Shown: positions 25,950-39,137, numbered from the stretch's first letter. The stretch: 64,000 bases of DNA from Selaginella moellendorffii (GCF_000143415.4 NW_003314268.1:3480559-3544558), one strand, 5' to 3'. Notes: generated by a model not told the origin, from the letters alone. Numbers and translations are program-made.

Positions 25950-27366
25950 ATGCTATCGCTGCCGCCATCGCTGATTTCTAGCTGGTGGCACGACGCGGCG
26001 CAATCCAAGACATGGATCTTTACTGCGCTTGGCGGTGCCTACACCGCGATCTCGCTCTGGGCTCTCGTAAGAAATCTCCAAAAGAAATCTCCCTTCTTGT
26101 TTTACTCTGCCTTCTTTAGGTGCAATTGATTCGAATCGAGCGGAGGGTCCCGGAGTATGGATGGACGATCCAGAAGCTCTTCCATTTGCTCAACTTCGTC
26201 GTGAATGGAGGTGCGTAGCTTGCTCGCTGGCTATCGACTGTTTCATTCACGTACTTTTCTACAGTTCGAGCCATAGTTTTTTATCTGTGGACTCGGGTTT
26301 CATCACTTCCACTGGTATGTTCCAAGTTACACCTGACAATGTGTTCTTCATTCTTTGTTTTTTCGTAGGTGGTGCAATCCATCCTTGTCGATCTCCCTGG
26401 ACTCCTGTTCTTCACAACGTACACGCTCTTGATCTTGTTTTGGGCCGATATATATCACCAGGTGAGCGAGGACTGAACAAACGAAGAATTCATTGGGTTT
26501 TTGTGTACAAAGGCTAGAAGTATCACCGCGGAACACTTCCGCACGGTGTTTGTCGCGATCAATGTCTGCGTCTACGTCATTCAGGTGAAGCACTTTGTAC
26601 TTTCTTATGCTTCGTTTCACGTAGTGCTCTACTGACTTCCAGCTTATTCTGTGGATTGTTTCGCTCTGGATTCCCAAAGTTGCTGAGAAAGTTTTGTCGA
26701 CAATCCTATTTTCTGGTACTTATTTCCTTTGTGGCTGCTTTGGAAGCACTGTATACGACAATGTTTTTGTTCTTTCCTTTGCAGCTATCTCACTTGCAGC
26801 AGCCATTGGGTTTTTGCTCTATGGTGGACGGTGAGTCTAACTCTTATCGACTAAAACAACGTAATGCTCTACTCTGCCGCTTCCAGCCTGTATTGCATGC
26901 TTCGAAGGTTTCCAGTGGAGTCCAAGGGGCGCGAAAAGAAAATCCGTGAGGTCAGCAATGGTTGAAAACCTTGGAAACGCTCGTGATCATCTTTCGTTCC
27001 CAGGTTGGAGCTGTGACAGGAATATGTTCCATCTGCTTCGTCATAAGATCTGTTTTTGTGAGTGAATTTTCTACATGTTTTCTAAGCGTCACTCCAAAGC
27101 TCCTCTTCAACAGGTTGCGTTCTCGGCTATCAGCAAGAGCAACAGCCTGGATGTCACTGATCATCCCATCCTAAACGCAATTTATTACGGGGTATCTATC
27201 TTTTCTTTTCCCTTGCAACTTCTCATTTTTGGTATCTTTTCCTTCTTTGTTTTTTCAGGCTGTAGAAATCTTACCATCGGTTCTTGTTCTTTTCATCCTG
27301 CGGAAATTGCCTCCCAAGCGCCCGCAGCCCCTGCTCCACTTCGCACTCGACGCCGGATCGCCATAG
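25950..27366 (+). CDS. TOM1: Tobamovirus multiplication protein TOM1/TOM3/THH1 family (DUF1084), multi-pass membrane protein
   Basis: [83 protein letters not shown]. Confidence 0.93.
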
Positions 27367-27467
27367 CTTCTTCCTTTCGCGACAATTTGTGAGTATAGTT
27401 TTTCTAGATTACTTTGTTATATACAAGAGGCGCAGCTGTAGATCTATCGATCTCCTTCCAGATCGAA

Positions 27468-27872
27468 CTAGAAGAGGTCGAAGTGATGGTGACGAAGTAG
27501 GCAGTAGACACAGACGAGCTGCTGGGATATATAAACGAACACGGCCATGGAGATGCTCATCAGAAGAACATCGGTCAGGTCCCCTTTCTTCCGGGTGGAG
27601 AAGAGGAATTTGCTCAGCTCGGACAGCTTGGTGGCGATCATCGGCTTGAGGTGTTGGAGTGGTGGAGAATTAGGTGCCGGATCTCGCTTCTCAGCGGCAG
27701 CGCTGGTTGGGATCTCGTCGCATTTGCTACTTTCCTTACCAATGGAAGATACCTGAGCGGAGATTTGCCTGGGAAGAGCTAGATTCGTTCTGGAGCTCCC
27801 GAAAGCTTGGAATCTGTGGAGAGTAATTGAGGAGATCATGGAGGGAAGCTCAGCGCAGACGAGCGAGGCCAT
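27468..27872 (-). CDS. Small probable plastid-targeted membrane protein of unknown function
   Basis: Ser-rich transit-peptide-like N-terminus; hydrophobic C-terminal helix DVLLMSISMAVFVYISQQLVCVYC. Confidence 0.7.
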   Translation of the reverse strand: MASLVCAELPSMISSITLHRFQAFGSSRTNLALPRQISAQVSSIGKESSKCDEIPTSAAAEKRDPAPNSPPLQHLKPMIATKLSELSKFLFSTRKKGDLTDVLLMSISMAVFVYISQQLVCVYCLLRHHHFDLF

Positions 27873-28104
27873 TCCAATTCGACTTCTTTCTCGCGAGAAA
27901 AAGTGAGAATGGAAAGTAGAGATAGCGTGTCGTGTCACAGTGTAAAGTGATGATATGTAAAGTTTAGGGTTTCAAAGTAAAAGGTCGACGAACCCACGTG
28001 GCAATAACGAATATCCTACCGCACAAATTAAAGTTTTTTAGGGTTCTTGCTTGACTATGGAGAAAGCGAAGCTATGGTGGGTGCGATCCAACTGATACGC
28101 AGGG

Positions 28105-29865
28105 ATGGGTTCGAGCCAGCATGAGAGGCTCAAGCGGAATCTTTATTCCACTTCGGGTATGCATCTCTTGTCCGCCGAGAGCAGCGATTTGTCGATCCCG
28201 ATGGAAATGCAGCGGCAAATCCTTCACAGGCCGTGTCCAGCGGCTCTCAACTTCCACTCCACAATCGCTTGGCTGCGCAGGGATTCCATTCCCAGGAGGA
28301 CCAGCTCCAGTCCAGGTATTCTCCACAATCAGCTCGAATTTGGAGGTCCCCGTCTCCTTCCCTCCACGGATTCGCTACCAGCAACCTTTCTGCCGGTACC
28401 GGCGAACGCATTTGCGCCACCGCCAGCGAGCGAAGAAGCGGCTGTCCTCCGGATCCAGGCTCTCTACAGAGGATCCAGGGTTAGAAGGTCGGCCATAGCC
28501 AATAAGAAATGTGTGGTGAAAGTACAAGCAACGTACAGGATGTGGAGGGATCGAAGTAGCTACAGAAGGATGCAAAGAGCCGCCGCGAGGATCCAGCAGA
28601 GTTTCCGGGCTTGGAGAGAGCGGAGGCTGGAAGCTCTGGAGCAAACGCTGCTGTTGGAAAGGAGATCAGCTCTCGTGATCCAGGCACACGCTCGCGGGCT
28701 TCTCGTCCGGCGTTGGAGGAGAGAACTGGAACAGGAGAAACGAGTTCAGGCTACTGCTGCTACTGCGATTCAAGCCTTCTACCGAGGGTGGCAAACAAGG
28801 AGAAAAATGGAACAGGAGAAACGAGCTCAGGCTGCTGCTGCTACTGCGATTCAAGCCTTCTACCGCGGTTTGCAAACAAGGAGAAAAATGGAACAGGAGA
28901 AACGAGATCAGGCTGCTGCTGCTGCTACTGCGATTCAAGCCTTCTACCGAGGGTGGCAAACAAGGAGAAAATTGGAACAGGAGAAACGAGCTCATGCTGC
29001 TGGTGCTACGATTCAAGCGTTCTACAGAGGTTTGCAAACAAGGAGGCGCTACCTTTTGGTGAAGAGCAGCGCAGCGAGGGTCCAGGCAGCGTACAGGACG
29101 TGGAGATTGTCTCTAAAAAGAGAAATGGCTGCCACCGTTATTCAAAGGTTCGTAAGGAGACGCAAAGAAGCTGCTCGGGCGAAAGTTGCCATCTCTCAGC
29201 CGGAGCCCATGGTGGCGGCTACAGAAGATTGGAACACTGTCAGAGTGGAGCACTTGGATCAGTGCCTGGACACTTGCCTTGCGGTGCTAAATCCTCCTCT
29301 TCCGCTAGAGCGGCGGCCAAGCTCGTCTCCAGACCACACGGTATCTCTCAATTCTCATTCTCTTCCAGAGCTCACTGGATCGATCACACGACAGCACAAT
29401 GGCCCTGGCTACAAGCAGAGCCTCAACGAGAAGAGACTCCAGCAAGTCGCCAGAGTTTTTCTACTGCAGCACCACATTGCTCTTCAGCAACAACGCGCAA
29501 AGAACGCACCACCATTCCCTCCAAACCGGAGCCATCTACAGAACTCTCAAAACCACTACAGGAACTCCCACGTAAACACAAACGCCAGCAACACAACCAC
29601 AATCTCGAAGAACAGGATCGGAGATGGAGACGTGGTTTTGGATGTACACTACCTCCTCGAGGAAGTACGTAAGCTCGGTGCCTCCTCCGGCTCGGTGGTG
29701 TACATGCAAAACGACGACTCCACCTTGTTCGGCTCTGCTAGCCATGAAATCATCGACTTCAAACGAATGAACGCTTTGCTGGTGGTGTTCGTCGCTGTGG
29801 TTGTCTACACAAGGAGCATCTGCCAGGAAGTTTTTGTCTGGGCAAAGCAGTCTACAAAGAAGTAG
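28105..29865 (+). CDS. Single-exon IQ-motif (calmodulin-binding) repeat protein
   Basis: About 10 IQxxxRGxxxR motifs (IQALYRGSRVRR, IQAFYRGWQTRR etc.); hydrophobic C-terminal stretch; true start uncertain. Confidence 0.8.
   Translation: MGSSQHERLKRNLYSTSGMHLLSAESSDLSIPMEMQRQILHRPCPAALNFHSTIAWLRRDSIPRRTSSSPGILHNQLEFGGPRLLPSTDSLPATFLPVPANAFAPPPASEEAAVLRIQALYRGSRVRRSAIANKKCVVKVQATYRMWRDRSSYRRMQRAAARIQQSFRAWRERRLEALEQTLLLERRSALVIQAHARGLLVRRWRRELEQEKRVQATAATAIQAFYRGWQTRRKMEQEKRAQAAAATAIQAFYRGLQTRRKMEQEKRDQAAAAATAIQAFYRGWQTRRKLEQEKRAHAAGATIQAFYRGLQTRRRYLLVKSSAARVQAAYRTWRLSLKREMAATVIQRFVRRRKEAARAKVAISQPEPMVAATEDWNTVRVEHLDQCLDTCLAVLNPPLPLERRPSSSPDHTVSLNSHSLPELTGSITRQHNGPGYKQSLNEKRLQQVARVFLLQHHIALQQQRAKNAPPFPPNRSHLQNSQNHYRNSHVNTNASNTTTISKNRIGDGDVVLDVHYLLEEVRKLGASSGSVVYMQNDDSTLFGSASHEIIDFKRMNALLVVFVAVVVYTRSICQEVFVWAKQSTKK
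28729..29046 (+). repeat. Four near-identical 81-84 bp tandem units, each encoding one IQ motif (27-28 aa)
   Basis: Unit starts GAACAGGAGAAACGAG at 28729, 28810, 28891, 28975. Confidence 0.95.
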
Positions 29866-30943
29866 ACCACAAAGCTCTCACCTGGAACAAGCTCGACAGT
29901 AACACACAAACTTTAGGATCCAGAGACTGGAAATCTAAACACTACAAGTTACAAACATCAATACAAATCTCTACTTGGGACAAGTGAGATGCCTCTTTCT
30001 AAACTAGGCGTGTGACCACCAAGAGAACCTACAACATGAGAGATCCTCGGTGTTCTTACCACGAAGAGAACCATCTAGCGCTGAACACTTCATTTCCTCG
30101 TTAAAATCCCATGCCATGTTGTGCATTGACTAACTCATACCTTACGTTGCATTTTGATCGTGACTCCGGTCATGACTTCAATGAAGATTGTAACCGTGGC
30201 TTCAGGAGCAGCATCCGCATCCTCATGTGCTGCGAAGGCTTCCCCATTGCGTAGAACTTGTCAGAATGGAGAAGCTTGGCAACACTGATTCACGTACGAC
30301 TCAATAGAACTCTCCTGATGTGAGATGAAACCTTATCATCAACTAAACAGGCATGGCTGTTAACGATTTCTGCTCTGAATCTGCTAGAGAGATGTAACAC
30401 ACTGAAGAACATTGCCTCTCACTGTGAAAAGAAGAAGAAATAAAAGAAGCTACTATATGTGAATTCACTTGTACATTTGCAAAGGTGTAATGAGGGGCTG
30501 GGAATACAGGCAGCTGAGAAATCTGCAGAGCTATTGCTGATGCTGCTGCTGCCAATTTCAACTGCGCCGCACAGTGGCCCAGTTGCAGCCTCGCTTCAGT
30601 TTCAACCATATGATTCGCTCATGATTCGTCAGATCTGCCTGAGACAACACCCCATCCCTGGAGCTTCAGAATCGAGATTTGGAGAAGGGTATATAGTCTG
30701 CTAATCGGTTTTTACTTTGGAGCCCGAGGCTGATTAGAAACGTCGTAATAAGTAGAGAAATCTAGGAATCCAAGGGTGAGATGTGCTCCTGAAACAACGA
30801 GATTTAATAGCATATCAATTGGCTGCCACTTTGAATCTTCTTGTTGCAGCATCTGGGCTTAAAATCAAACCACACGCCACAGGTTGATTCTTATTTACTT
30901 AATACCGTCACATTGAAACAACCACATATCAATAGCCATGGCT

Positions 30944-31318
30944 TTACCATGGCAGTCCCTTAATCTCCTGCTTGTCCTCATCATCAAGCTGGACGTAGAC
31001 CTTTCCAGTGTTCTTCACAACCAGAACGTATTCATCATTCTGCTCGAGGATTTCTCCCTTGACATCAACTGGTTCCTCCTCATCGTCCTGGTACTTCTCG
31101 AGTTGGCCTGTGGGTGACAGTTGGAGGTAGAAAGTACCTTTCTTGTCATTTGATCCTTTCGGCTGGACCTGAACTGTGCCGCCGTCATTGGTGATCACCA
31201 TGTAATGCTGTGCGTTCTGACTGCTAATGGATAGATTTGAATACATCTTGTAGTTCTCATGCAGCTTCGACCTCGCGGTGAGCAATATCTCACCAATGTC
31301 TTTGTGTGAACCTTCCAT
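30944..31318 (-). CDS. Small single-exon protein, possibly degenerate bulb-type lectin (beta-prism II)-like, no signal peptide
   Basis: Clean 124-aa ORF; three repeats YMVITNDG/YLQLSPTGQL/YVLVVKNTGKV; TATATATA about 85 nt upstream. Confidence 0.65.
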   Translation of the reverse strand: MEGSHKDIGEILLTARSKLHENYKMYSNLSISSQNAQHYMVITNDGGTVQVQPKGSNDKKGTFYLQLSPTGQLEKYQDDEEEPVDVKGEILEQNDEYVLVVKNTGKVYVQLDDEDKQEIKGLPW

Positions 31319-32518
31319 TATGACACAGATACAAGCGCTATTGGATACACGCAGCTAGAAACTTTCACAACTACACTGGCAAGCTTGAGTTTGGGGGCTG
31401 ATATATATACTCTAGCTCATAGAATATTCTAGCATGGCGTGAACATGCCAAGTTGCTCTAGTGGACTGGAAACACTTCATAATATTGAAATCATGGAATC
31501 GAATCACAGATAACACGGGCATTAAAGTAATCAGTGCTGACTTTAGTTTAGATCATAATAACAAAAAAAAAGTATCCATTGCATGCATTCATGCAGGCTT
31601 CTTGATGAAGGCACCACAATCGTATAGATAAAATGACATGAATGACTAACTCAACGTTGAGCCGGCAGGCCCAGGAGGCACGAGCCATCCCGAGCATATT
31701 CCTGTTTCTCAAATTAAGTTTGCAAAAATAAGAAATCGCTAGCACGGAATTAATTTCAACACAAGTTTGCATCCATTTCTATTTCTTCGATGGTGGCAGC
31801 AGCACAGCAATTGCTCTGGTTTCTGTTTGTTCTTTGCTCAAGTCCTGGGTCTTTGGGTTGAATTTGGATCCGTAGAAAAAATCCTTGAAAGCAGCGATTA
31901 ACTGAGCTGGAAATTCTCTTTCAAGAATCCAGATGAAGTGTTTTTGTTTGATTGAAGATGCTGATTATGCTCTTTCTCAAGCATCTGCAACTCAGGTGTA
32001 TGTTAGGACCACTATCCTACTTAAACCCGGGAATACTGGTGTTTGCAAAAACGCAATATTGAAATCGATCTTGTACATTTAAGCTTGACAACCGACTAGA
32101 AGGTTAGCGATGGTCCACAATTCTCTCTCTGACAACTCCCAATAATTCGTTCAAAGATTTGAACACATGTAAGGAGCTGCTCATCACGAAGTTTCTAGTT
32201 TTGGATGCATGACATATTGCTACTTTCGTCGATTTTCTTGTCTTGATTACTTGATTAAGTAAGATTGATCCCTTAACAAGGAACTCCGAACTTTCACTTC
32301 CCTTCAGATGAATGATGACGGTGGAGGTGGTGCTGATTCTGTTGCTCGTACATGCCCGCCATGGAGATCGGCGGACCACCATAGTACTGATTCTTCGCCT
32401 GGAATTGGAAGCTCTCGGACAGGTCCCTTGACCAGCAATTGGGAAGATGATCAGTGACAGGAAAGCTCTTTTTGTTTTCATTATGAACTATTTAAACATG
32501 CAACACAAGTGAAAAGAG

Positions 32519-32854
32519 CTAGGATCGTGAGCCCTCACCTTTCTCGAGCAGAACCACAATGTTCTTGCTTGGATAGTCAGTTTCATCCACCTCCAAATCG
32601 TCTCCTGGCTTCAGAGGACGGTATCTGTCTTTTGTCAAGTAAGAAGCCCTCGCAATCTGGTACAATTTCTCTTTGTTGGACACCTGCTTGTAGCGGCGAA
32701 CATCGTCGAGATCCTCGATGTTCTTACAACTGAAGAGGACCGTATACCCATAGTTATGGCCCATCAGCCGCCTTCCTTCAGTCGTCGCGAGCACTTCATG
32801 CCCTCCTTTGCTGAAATCCACGTAGTTGATTGGCTGATCAACATAGCATGACAA
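32519..32854 (-). CDS. Hypothetical small protein or terminal exon
   Basis: Stop-free 111-codon frame with coding-like composition, preceded by a pyrimidine tract/acceptor; first ATG at 32764; no recognised domain. Confidence 0.3.
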   Translation of the reverse strand: MSCYVDQPINYVDFSKGGHEVLATTEGRRLMGHNYGYTVLFSCKNIEDLDDVRRYKQVSNKEKLYQIARASYLTKDRYRPLKPGDDLEVDETDYPSKNIVVLLEKGEGSRS

Positions 32855-33123
32855 TGAGCATCAAAAAGAAAGAAAACAAACAAGAGACAAGATCTTCAGA
32901 TTGCAATCTCTGCAGAACTTCTCTATCACGTCGCCAAAATGTTCGCGGTTGCGACTACACCTTTATACCCCGATAAAGGTATAAAATATACCTTTGAGTT
33001 TTATATTGTTAAAAAAAACTTAAGTAGAAGCCATCCCAGCATTTAGAGAAATGTAGTAAATGAGGATATGCCATGTCTAATCGGGCGCTGCGTGACTCAA
33101 AACATCTATCATAAGAATGGATG

Positions 33124-33253
33124 GAGGAAGTACGTACCTGTACATGCAAAATGATGACTCCACCTTACACAACGCTTTGCTGGTGCCACGAAGTTTTCGC
33201 AGTCTATCAAAAGGTCTCACCTGGACGAAGATCGACAGTAACGCACAACCCTT
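33124..33253 (+). pseudogene. Deletion-eroded remnant copy of the 3' end of the IQ gene (29659-29914)
   Basis: Co-linear blocks GAGGAAGTACGTA, TACATGCAAAA.GA.GACTCCACCTT, AACGCTTTGCTGGTG, CTCACCTGGA, CGACAGTAAC. Confidence 0.85.
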
Positions 33254-33631
33254 GACGCCGAGAATGAGCTAGTGGCAAGGACCCAAGAGACATTGGGAGT
33301 CCAAGCACCACACGGAATCTACAAGCTCCATACACGACACGAGGGAGAAGCCTTCTAACTTATTCAATAAAGAATATATATTGATACTCTCAGCTAGACC
33401 ATGTCAATGGCTGCTGGACATTGACACCCGGCGAGTGAGAGAGAAACCAAAAAAGAGAGAGCCTTCTCCTCATCTCATCTCACCACAACCCACATGAAAC
33501 CAAGGAAGAGAAGCAAGAGAAACAGGAGTAGAACCAAAGCAAGAGAAAACTCTCCAAAAGAACCAGGCACAAAATGCGAAGAGGGAAGAAGAAGAGGAAG
33601 AATTCTTAGAGACTATGGCTGACCTCGCGCC

Positions 33632-34213
<582 letters not shown>

Positions 34214-34278
34214 TCACCCTACAAAATGGAGGTGATTGGCCCACATGCGTCCCCACAAATGCGAGCCAACGGGAGAAT

Positions 34279-34319
34279 GCCACGTGCAGAGTGGCGGCCG
34301 CGTCAGACGCTGACGTGGC
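34279..34319 (-). promoter_or_regulatory. Paired G-box/ACGT elements upstream of the ferredoxin gene
   Basis: GCCACGTG at 34279-34286 and TGACGTGGC at 34311-34319; CCAAT (34235-34239, minus) and AT-rich TATA-like element near 34170. Confidence 0.55.
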
Positions 34320-34320
34320 G

Positions 34321-37300
34321 CTAGTCGGCCCACGGCTTGAGTAGCGATTCCACCGTCATTCGTCTCGCAGCGCTGAGCATCTTGATGAAGAATCGCGCGC
34401 CGTCGAGTTTATACTCGTCCAGAGGATTCATGTGGCCAAAGCCTGTGATTTGGACCTGTGAGAGACATGGAAAGCTCGTGAGAAAAACGAAAAGCTCTCC
34501 CTCAAGCGAAATCAAAATCGTGAGAAAAAAGAGTTTACAGACTTACGGCGGATGAAAGCCTGCTCATGTTGGCGAGATGCATTCTCCAGAAGTAGTCCAG
34601 AGCACTGATCGCCACAGATCTCTGTGGAAAACGCTAAGCTGGTTTGATCGCTTACGCTAGATAGCTTACCTCGACTTGGTTGGCGTCCTCCCGGAATTCC
34701 TGGATGCTTTCGAGCTTTCTCTGGTACTCGGCGATGAGTATATCACCAACGTATCTCCGGAAAGAATCTAGTTCCTGGCAGTGTCTCCCGCTCCTGAAAG
34801 TAAAGATGGTGCTTAAGATGATGGGAAAATGTGTATCAACTCACGGCAAAAAGTCATCTCGTTTCCATCGGCTCAAGGACGCTGCTTTCATGGGGCTGTC
34901 ACCCGTATCCAAGCCCGTTGGAGGCAAGCCTGGGAGTTCTTTCATGAGCCGGGAGGTGGACAGGGCCGACACGATCATTTCTTTCGATACATTAGAGAGC
35001 AGATCTGAACAAGACTTTGGGTTTGAGAGCGAAAGATACGGTCGTTTAACGTACGTGAACCGCGAGGGAATGCGAAGGTGACAGAAGCGAAGTCGTCAAA
35101 CTCGTCCAGAAAGCCTTCGAGGTTCCAGTTTCTCGGTGGCTGGAAAGTGTGGTTGCTACAGTCTCTCACCAGAAAACTGAAAATGTTATTTACCTTTGTG
35201 GGATCGACGTGGTTTAGCACCATCTCGTCAGCAACACCCTGGATATATCTACACGACATGTCATATAGGCATTAAGATTAGCTCAGAATTTTCTTACTGG
35301 TAGAACAGTTGTTGGCACGAGTCAAACGTCCCCATAACAAAGGCCTCTCGGAGCTTGAAAACGTGACTCCTGTGCACCTGATGTTCCACCCGAAAGGGCG
35401 GCGGTCAGCAAACTCATACAGCCATAGTTGTTACCAAACGATCTTTACCTCCAAAACCGCGTCATATTCTACCATGTGTCTCCTGACTCCCGAGAAATAC
35501 TTCTCAACGCTTGTTTGAATAGACAAAACCTTGAAAGCGTAATTAGGAATTGGCGTGCTTTCGCGCACTGAAAAAGTCATACCTGATGTCTTGTTATGCC
35601 GGAGCCAACATCCACATCTTCAACGCCTACTGCTTTCATCAGCTTATACGCTAGTTCACCACCATACTTTTGTAGCATATCATCCTCAAAGCTAGAAAAA
35701 CAAAACAGCCGTAAGTCTTTGAGAATCGAGATATGATTCTTTGTACCTTATCATGAATCTAGTAGAGCCTGGATCCCCTTGCCTTCCGGCTCTGCCCCGC
35801 AACTAGAAAAAAGAATAAAATGATGACGGAACGTCGAAACATAAAACGTCTTACTTGATTGTCTATCCGACGCGACTCATGCAAAGCTGTACCGATGACA
35901 TGAAGGCCACCCAATCGTTTCACCTCGTTTCCTTCTAGCAAACAGTAAGCTCGGCAGTCTCGTAGAACAGAAAGACAAGCCAAAGCTATACTGGGGCCAA
36001 GTGAGAGTGTCTCTGCACCACTTCCGCTCGCAAGATCGATTAGCCGATCTTCGTCCTCGAAACGAGCATTATTGAATACGTAGAGTAGCTTGTCCTTCGC
36101 CTCACGATAACTAAAGACTTCACCGCCACTTCCACACACAACTTTTGCTGAAACAAAAAGCACTTACGTCATTGAAAGGCCAGATCGAGAAGAGTTACCT
36201 GCAGCGCAAGCTCTGAATATTCTGCTAAAAGAAACACCACTAAGCTTTATAGTCGATAACCCCTGATCAAGTAATATAAAGAACTTCTTAGTGGAGGTGC
36301 AAGGTGAGATGACCAAACCTTTTGCGAAAGTGGAGCTCCATCTGTTTCAACATCCGGAGAATCAGAAGCCATAAAAGGGAGTATTCTCCGCTGAAGGATC
36401 TCTTTGGCAAGCATCTAAAAGACAAATGATGCTGGAGTAAATTGCCAATATGCGACTCAAATACCTCAGGATTTCCACCGAGTATAATGTCCGTTCCACG
36501 CCCCGCCATGTTTGTGGCGATTGTTATTGCGCTTTTCCTCCCAGCTTGAGCAACTATCTCGGCTTCTCTAGCCGCGTACTGTAAAACAATAAGTGAGTTC
36601 AATGCGCAGCAACCGCACAAAACACAAACCTTTGCACGAGCGTTTAGAACATTGTGGGGAATATTGTGTTCATGTAGTAATGCTGAAAGAAGTTCCGATT
36701 CTTCTACGCTGCAGCAAACAAGTTATGCAATGTAGAAAACGAAATGTGAATTTCACCTCGTCGTTCCTACTAGAACAGGACGACCCTGAGCATGCATTAT
36801 TTCGATTTCTTCCCGTACTCTTCTCCATTTCCCACGAGCAGTCTTACAACACAAGCCATGTCATGATAAAACCGTCATATGAAATTTACACACCGGGAAA
36901 ATATGTAAAGGCAAGTCCACGCGTATGTTGGGTAGATTTGTAGGTACTTCAACAACAGGCATGTTGAAGAGTTTCAGAAATTCCTTTTCCTGCGGAATAG
37001 TTCAGAAAAACGAAGCCAATATCAGCAACATATAAAACCTCGGTCTTGGCAGTGCCCGTCATCCCTGAAACCTTGGAGTAAAGCTTGAAGTACGATTGAT
37101 ATGTCATATGAGCAGACATAACAGTTTCCGGCTGTCAAGAAGTAGAAGATCAGGGGGAAATGGACATACATTAGGATCGTACATTTATTTTCACGCCTTC
37201 TTTTGCCTCGACAGCTTGATGAATTCCATCAGACCAGCGTCTATTAGTAGCCACGCGACCAGTAAACTGCAATCGAAAGGTAAGAATGAAGGAATTTGTT

Positions 37301-39137
37301 TTGCTCTTTTGACGAAGCTAACCTCGTCGACAATCTGCACTTTCCCGTCCCTAACGATGTAATCTACATCACGAAAGTAACACTCTTTGGCCTTCAAAGC
37401 CGTCACGACAAACCTGGAACGCATAGTAAAGTTGTGTTAGATACAACCGTTAATTCACTACAGACCGTGCCCAGGGATCCTTTCCATCCCAGAGATTTTC
37501 AATGCCGAGAGCAAGTTCAGCCATAGCGACACCCTCCTCAGTAAGTTCCACAGTTTTCTGCTTTTGCTGAACGGTATAATGCTGCAAACATGAGGGAAAA
37601 AAGAATTGAAACAAAAACGCAATTGTCGAGGAAAAAAACTTACCCGATCCACGATAAGAAAATCGGCAACTTCAGCTGCAACAGGATACCGGGAAGCATT
37701 TTTGGAAGACTGTCATAAACATTCCTCCACGTGTATTCAATGGAGATACTTTTCAAGCGAGTACCTCTGAGCTGAGTAAAAAAGGATTTCTTCCCTCGTC
37801 AATCAGCACCGAGTCTATCTCATCCACAACAGCAAAGTGCAAAGGACGCGGCCTAGGGAATGACATCATTGGCATGCTGAAAATTTTCGCAATAACACGC
37901 ACCAGCGCATAACCATTTCTTCCTTTGTCGAACAGGTGTGATCCCGCAAGTAGTCAAAAATGAATTCCTAAAAAACCAGACCTCTAGAGTTTTGAAATAA
38001 ATCCATAGCCCAACTTACCGAATTATTGCCGTAGGTAATATCACATGCATAGGCTGCTTTTCTTTCCTCCGGCTCAAGCGAGCTCTATAGTAAAAACTAA
38101 TCTCAACAAAGAAAAGACAATTCAGGTAAACCAGAATTACCTTCACAAGGCCAACAGAAAGCCCCAAGAACTTGTAAATTTGGCCCATCCATTCCGCGTC
38201 TCGTTGAGCTAGATAATCGTTCACAGTTATCACTAGGACGCAAAAAGCTGAAGTGAGTCCCAACATTATAATCGCTAAGAATTTGAAGTCATACCATGGA
38301 CGCCCTCGCCTGTTAGAGCATTGAGATAGGCTGCATCAAGGCAAGGAACAAGTTAACAGAAACAGCTCTTCGAACAGGAAAGAACCTGCTAGAGTGGAGA
38401 CCAAAGTTTTCCCTTCTCCAGTCTTCATTTCCGCAATACTTCCATCGTGGAGAACTGCGCCACCTACAATCTAGCCAACATGAACCCTTGGAATCCAAAA
38501 CCCACCACCAAAGACTTAAGTTTCTACCTGGACGTCAAAATGCCGCATATTGAGCTGCCTTCGCCCAGCTTCACGTACAACAGCAAATGCCTCTACACTG
38601 AAAGCTATCAGTCCTCCACAATGAAATGGAAGACGGAAATATCTCACCAGATTGAATGTCATTCAAGCTCTCCCCAGCTGCGAGTCGCCGTCGAAAGTAG
38701 TCCGTCTTTGCTCTTAGCTGCAGGAAAAAGAAAAATTCTTGAGAAAGAGAAGTGAAAGGATCGCCACACCTGTTTGTCCGATAACGCTTTCATCTCGGGT
38801 TCCAGCTTGTTGACATCCGCGACAAGATTGTAATAGTCGCCAACAATCCAGTGATTCAAGCTAAGCTTCTCTTGAAGAAATCTTCCCACTTTCTCCTGGA
38901 AATTCTCTAATTCATCACTACTTCGCTATCCATAGATTCCCTTACCTGGATTCTGGCAGCACTGCTCGTAAATTTCTCCGCATTCTTGGATTTCTCGTCG
39001 ATGACGAGAGCGCCGGCATTCACGCAGCGCATCCTTGGAAAGAACACTTGAGCTCTTGCCCGAGGCGCCGGCAGCTGGGACGAGCAGCGGTCGGGAAGAT
39101 TCCGGATTGCGTAGCAGTGCTCCGCATTGATCATCAT
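34321..39137 (-). CDS. SECA2: Plastid preprotein translocase subunit SECA2 (multi-exon)
   Basis: MKTGEGKTL Walker [68 protein letters not shown]; SECA2-type C-terminus [23 protein letters not shown]. Confidence 0.95.

Noticed and set aside
28729-29046. Regular repeats as a possible CRISPR-like array
   Set aside because: Contiguous in-frame coding repeats with no unique spacers, in a eukaryotic gene
28611-29672. 353-aa overlapping alternative-frame ORF with Cys-rich GCCCYCDSS repeats
   Set aside because: Non-ATG start; explained as a shifted-frame shadow of the GCT-rich IQ repeats; no independent coding evidence
30140-30290. Minus-strand fragment TVTIFIEVMTGVTIKMQ resembling a ubiquitin N-terminus
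   Set aside because: Too short, with an in-frame stop upstream and no continuation of the fold
31780-32481. Exon-like blocks on the plus strand and the 125-aa minus ORF at 32104-32481
   Set aside because: In-frame stops and no recognisable product; cannot be supported as a gene
34321-39137. secA as bacterial contamination or horizontal transfer
   Set aside because: More than 20 spliceosomal introns, a transit peptide and a plant SECA2-type C-terminus
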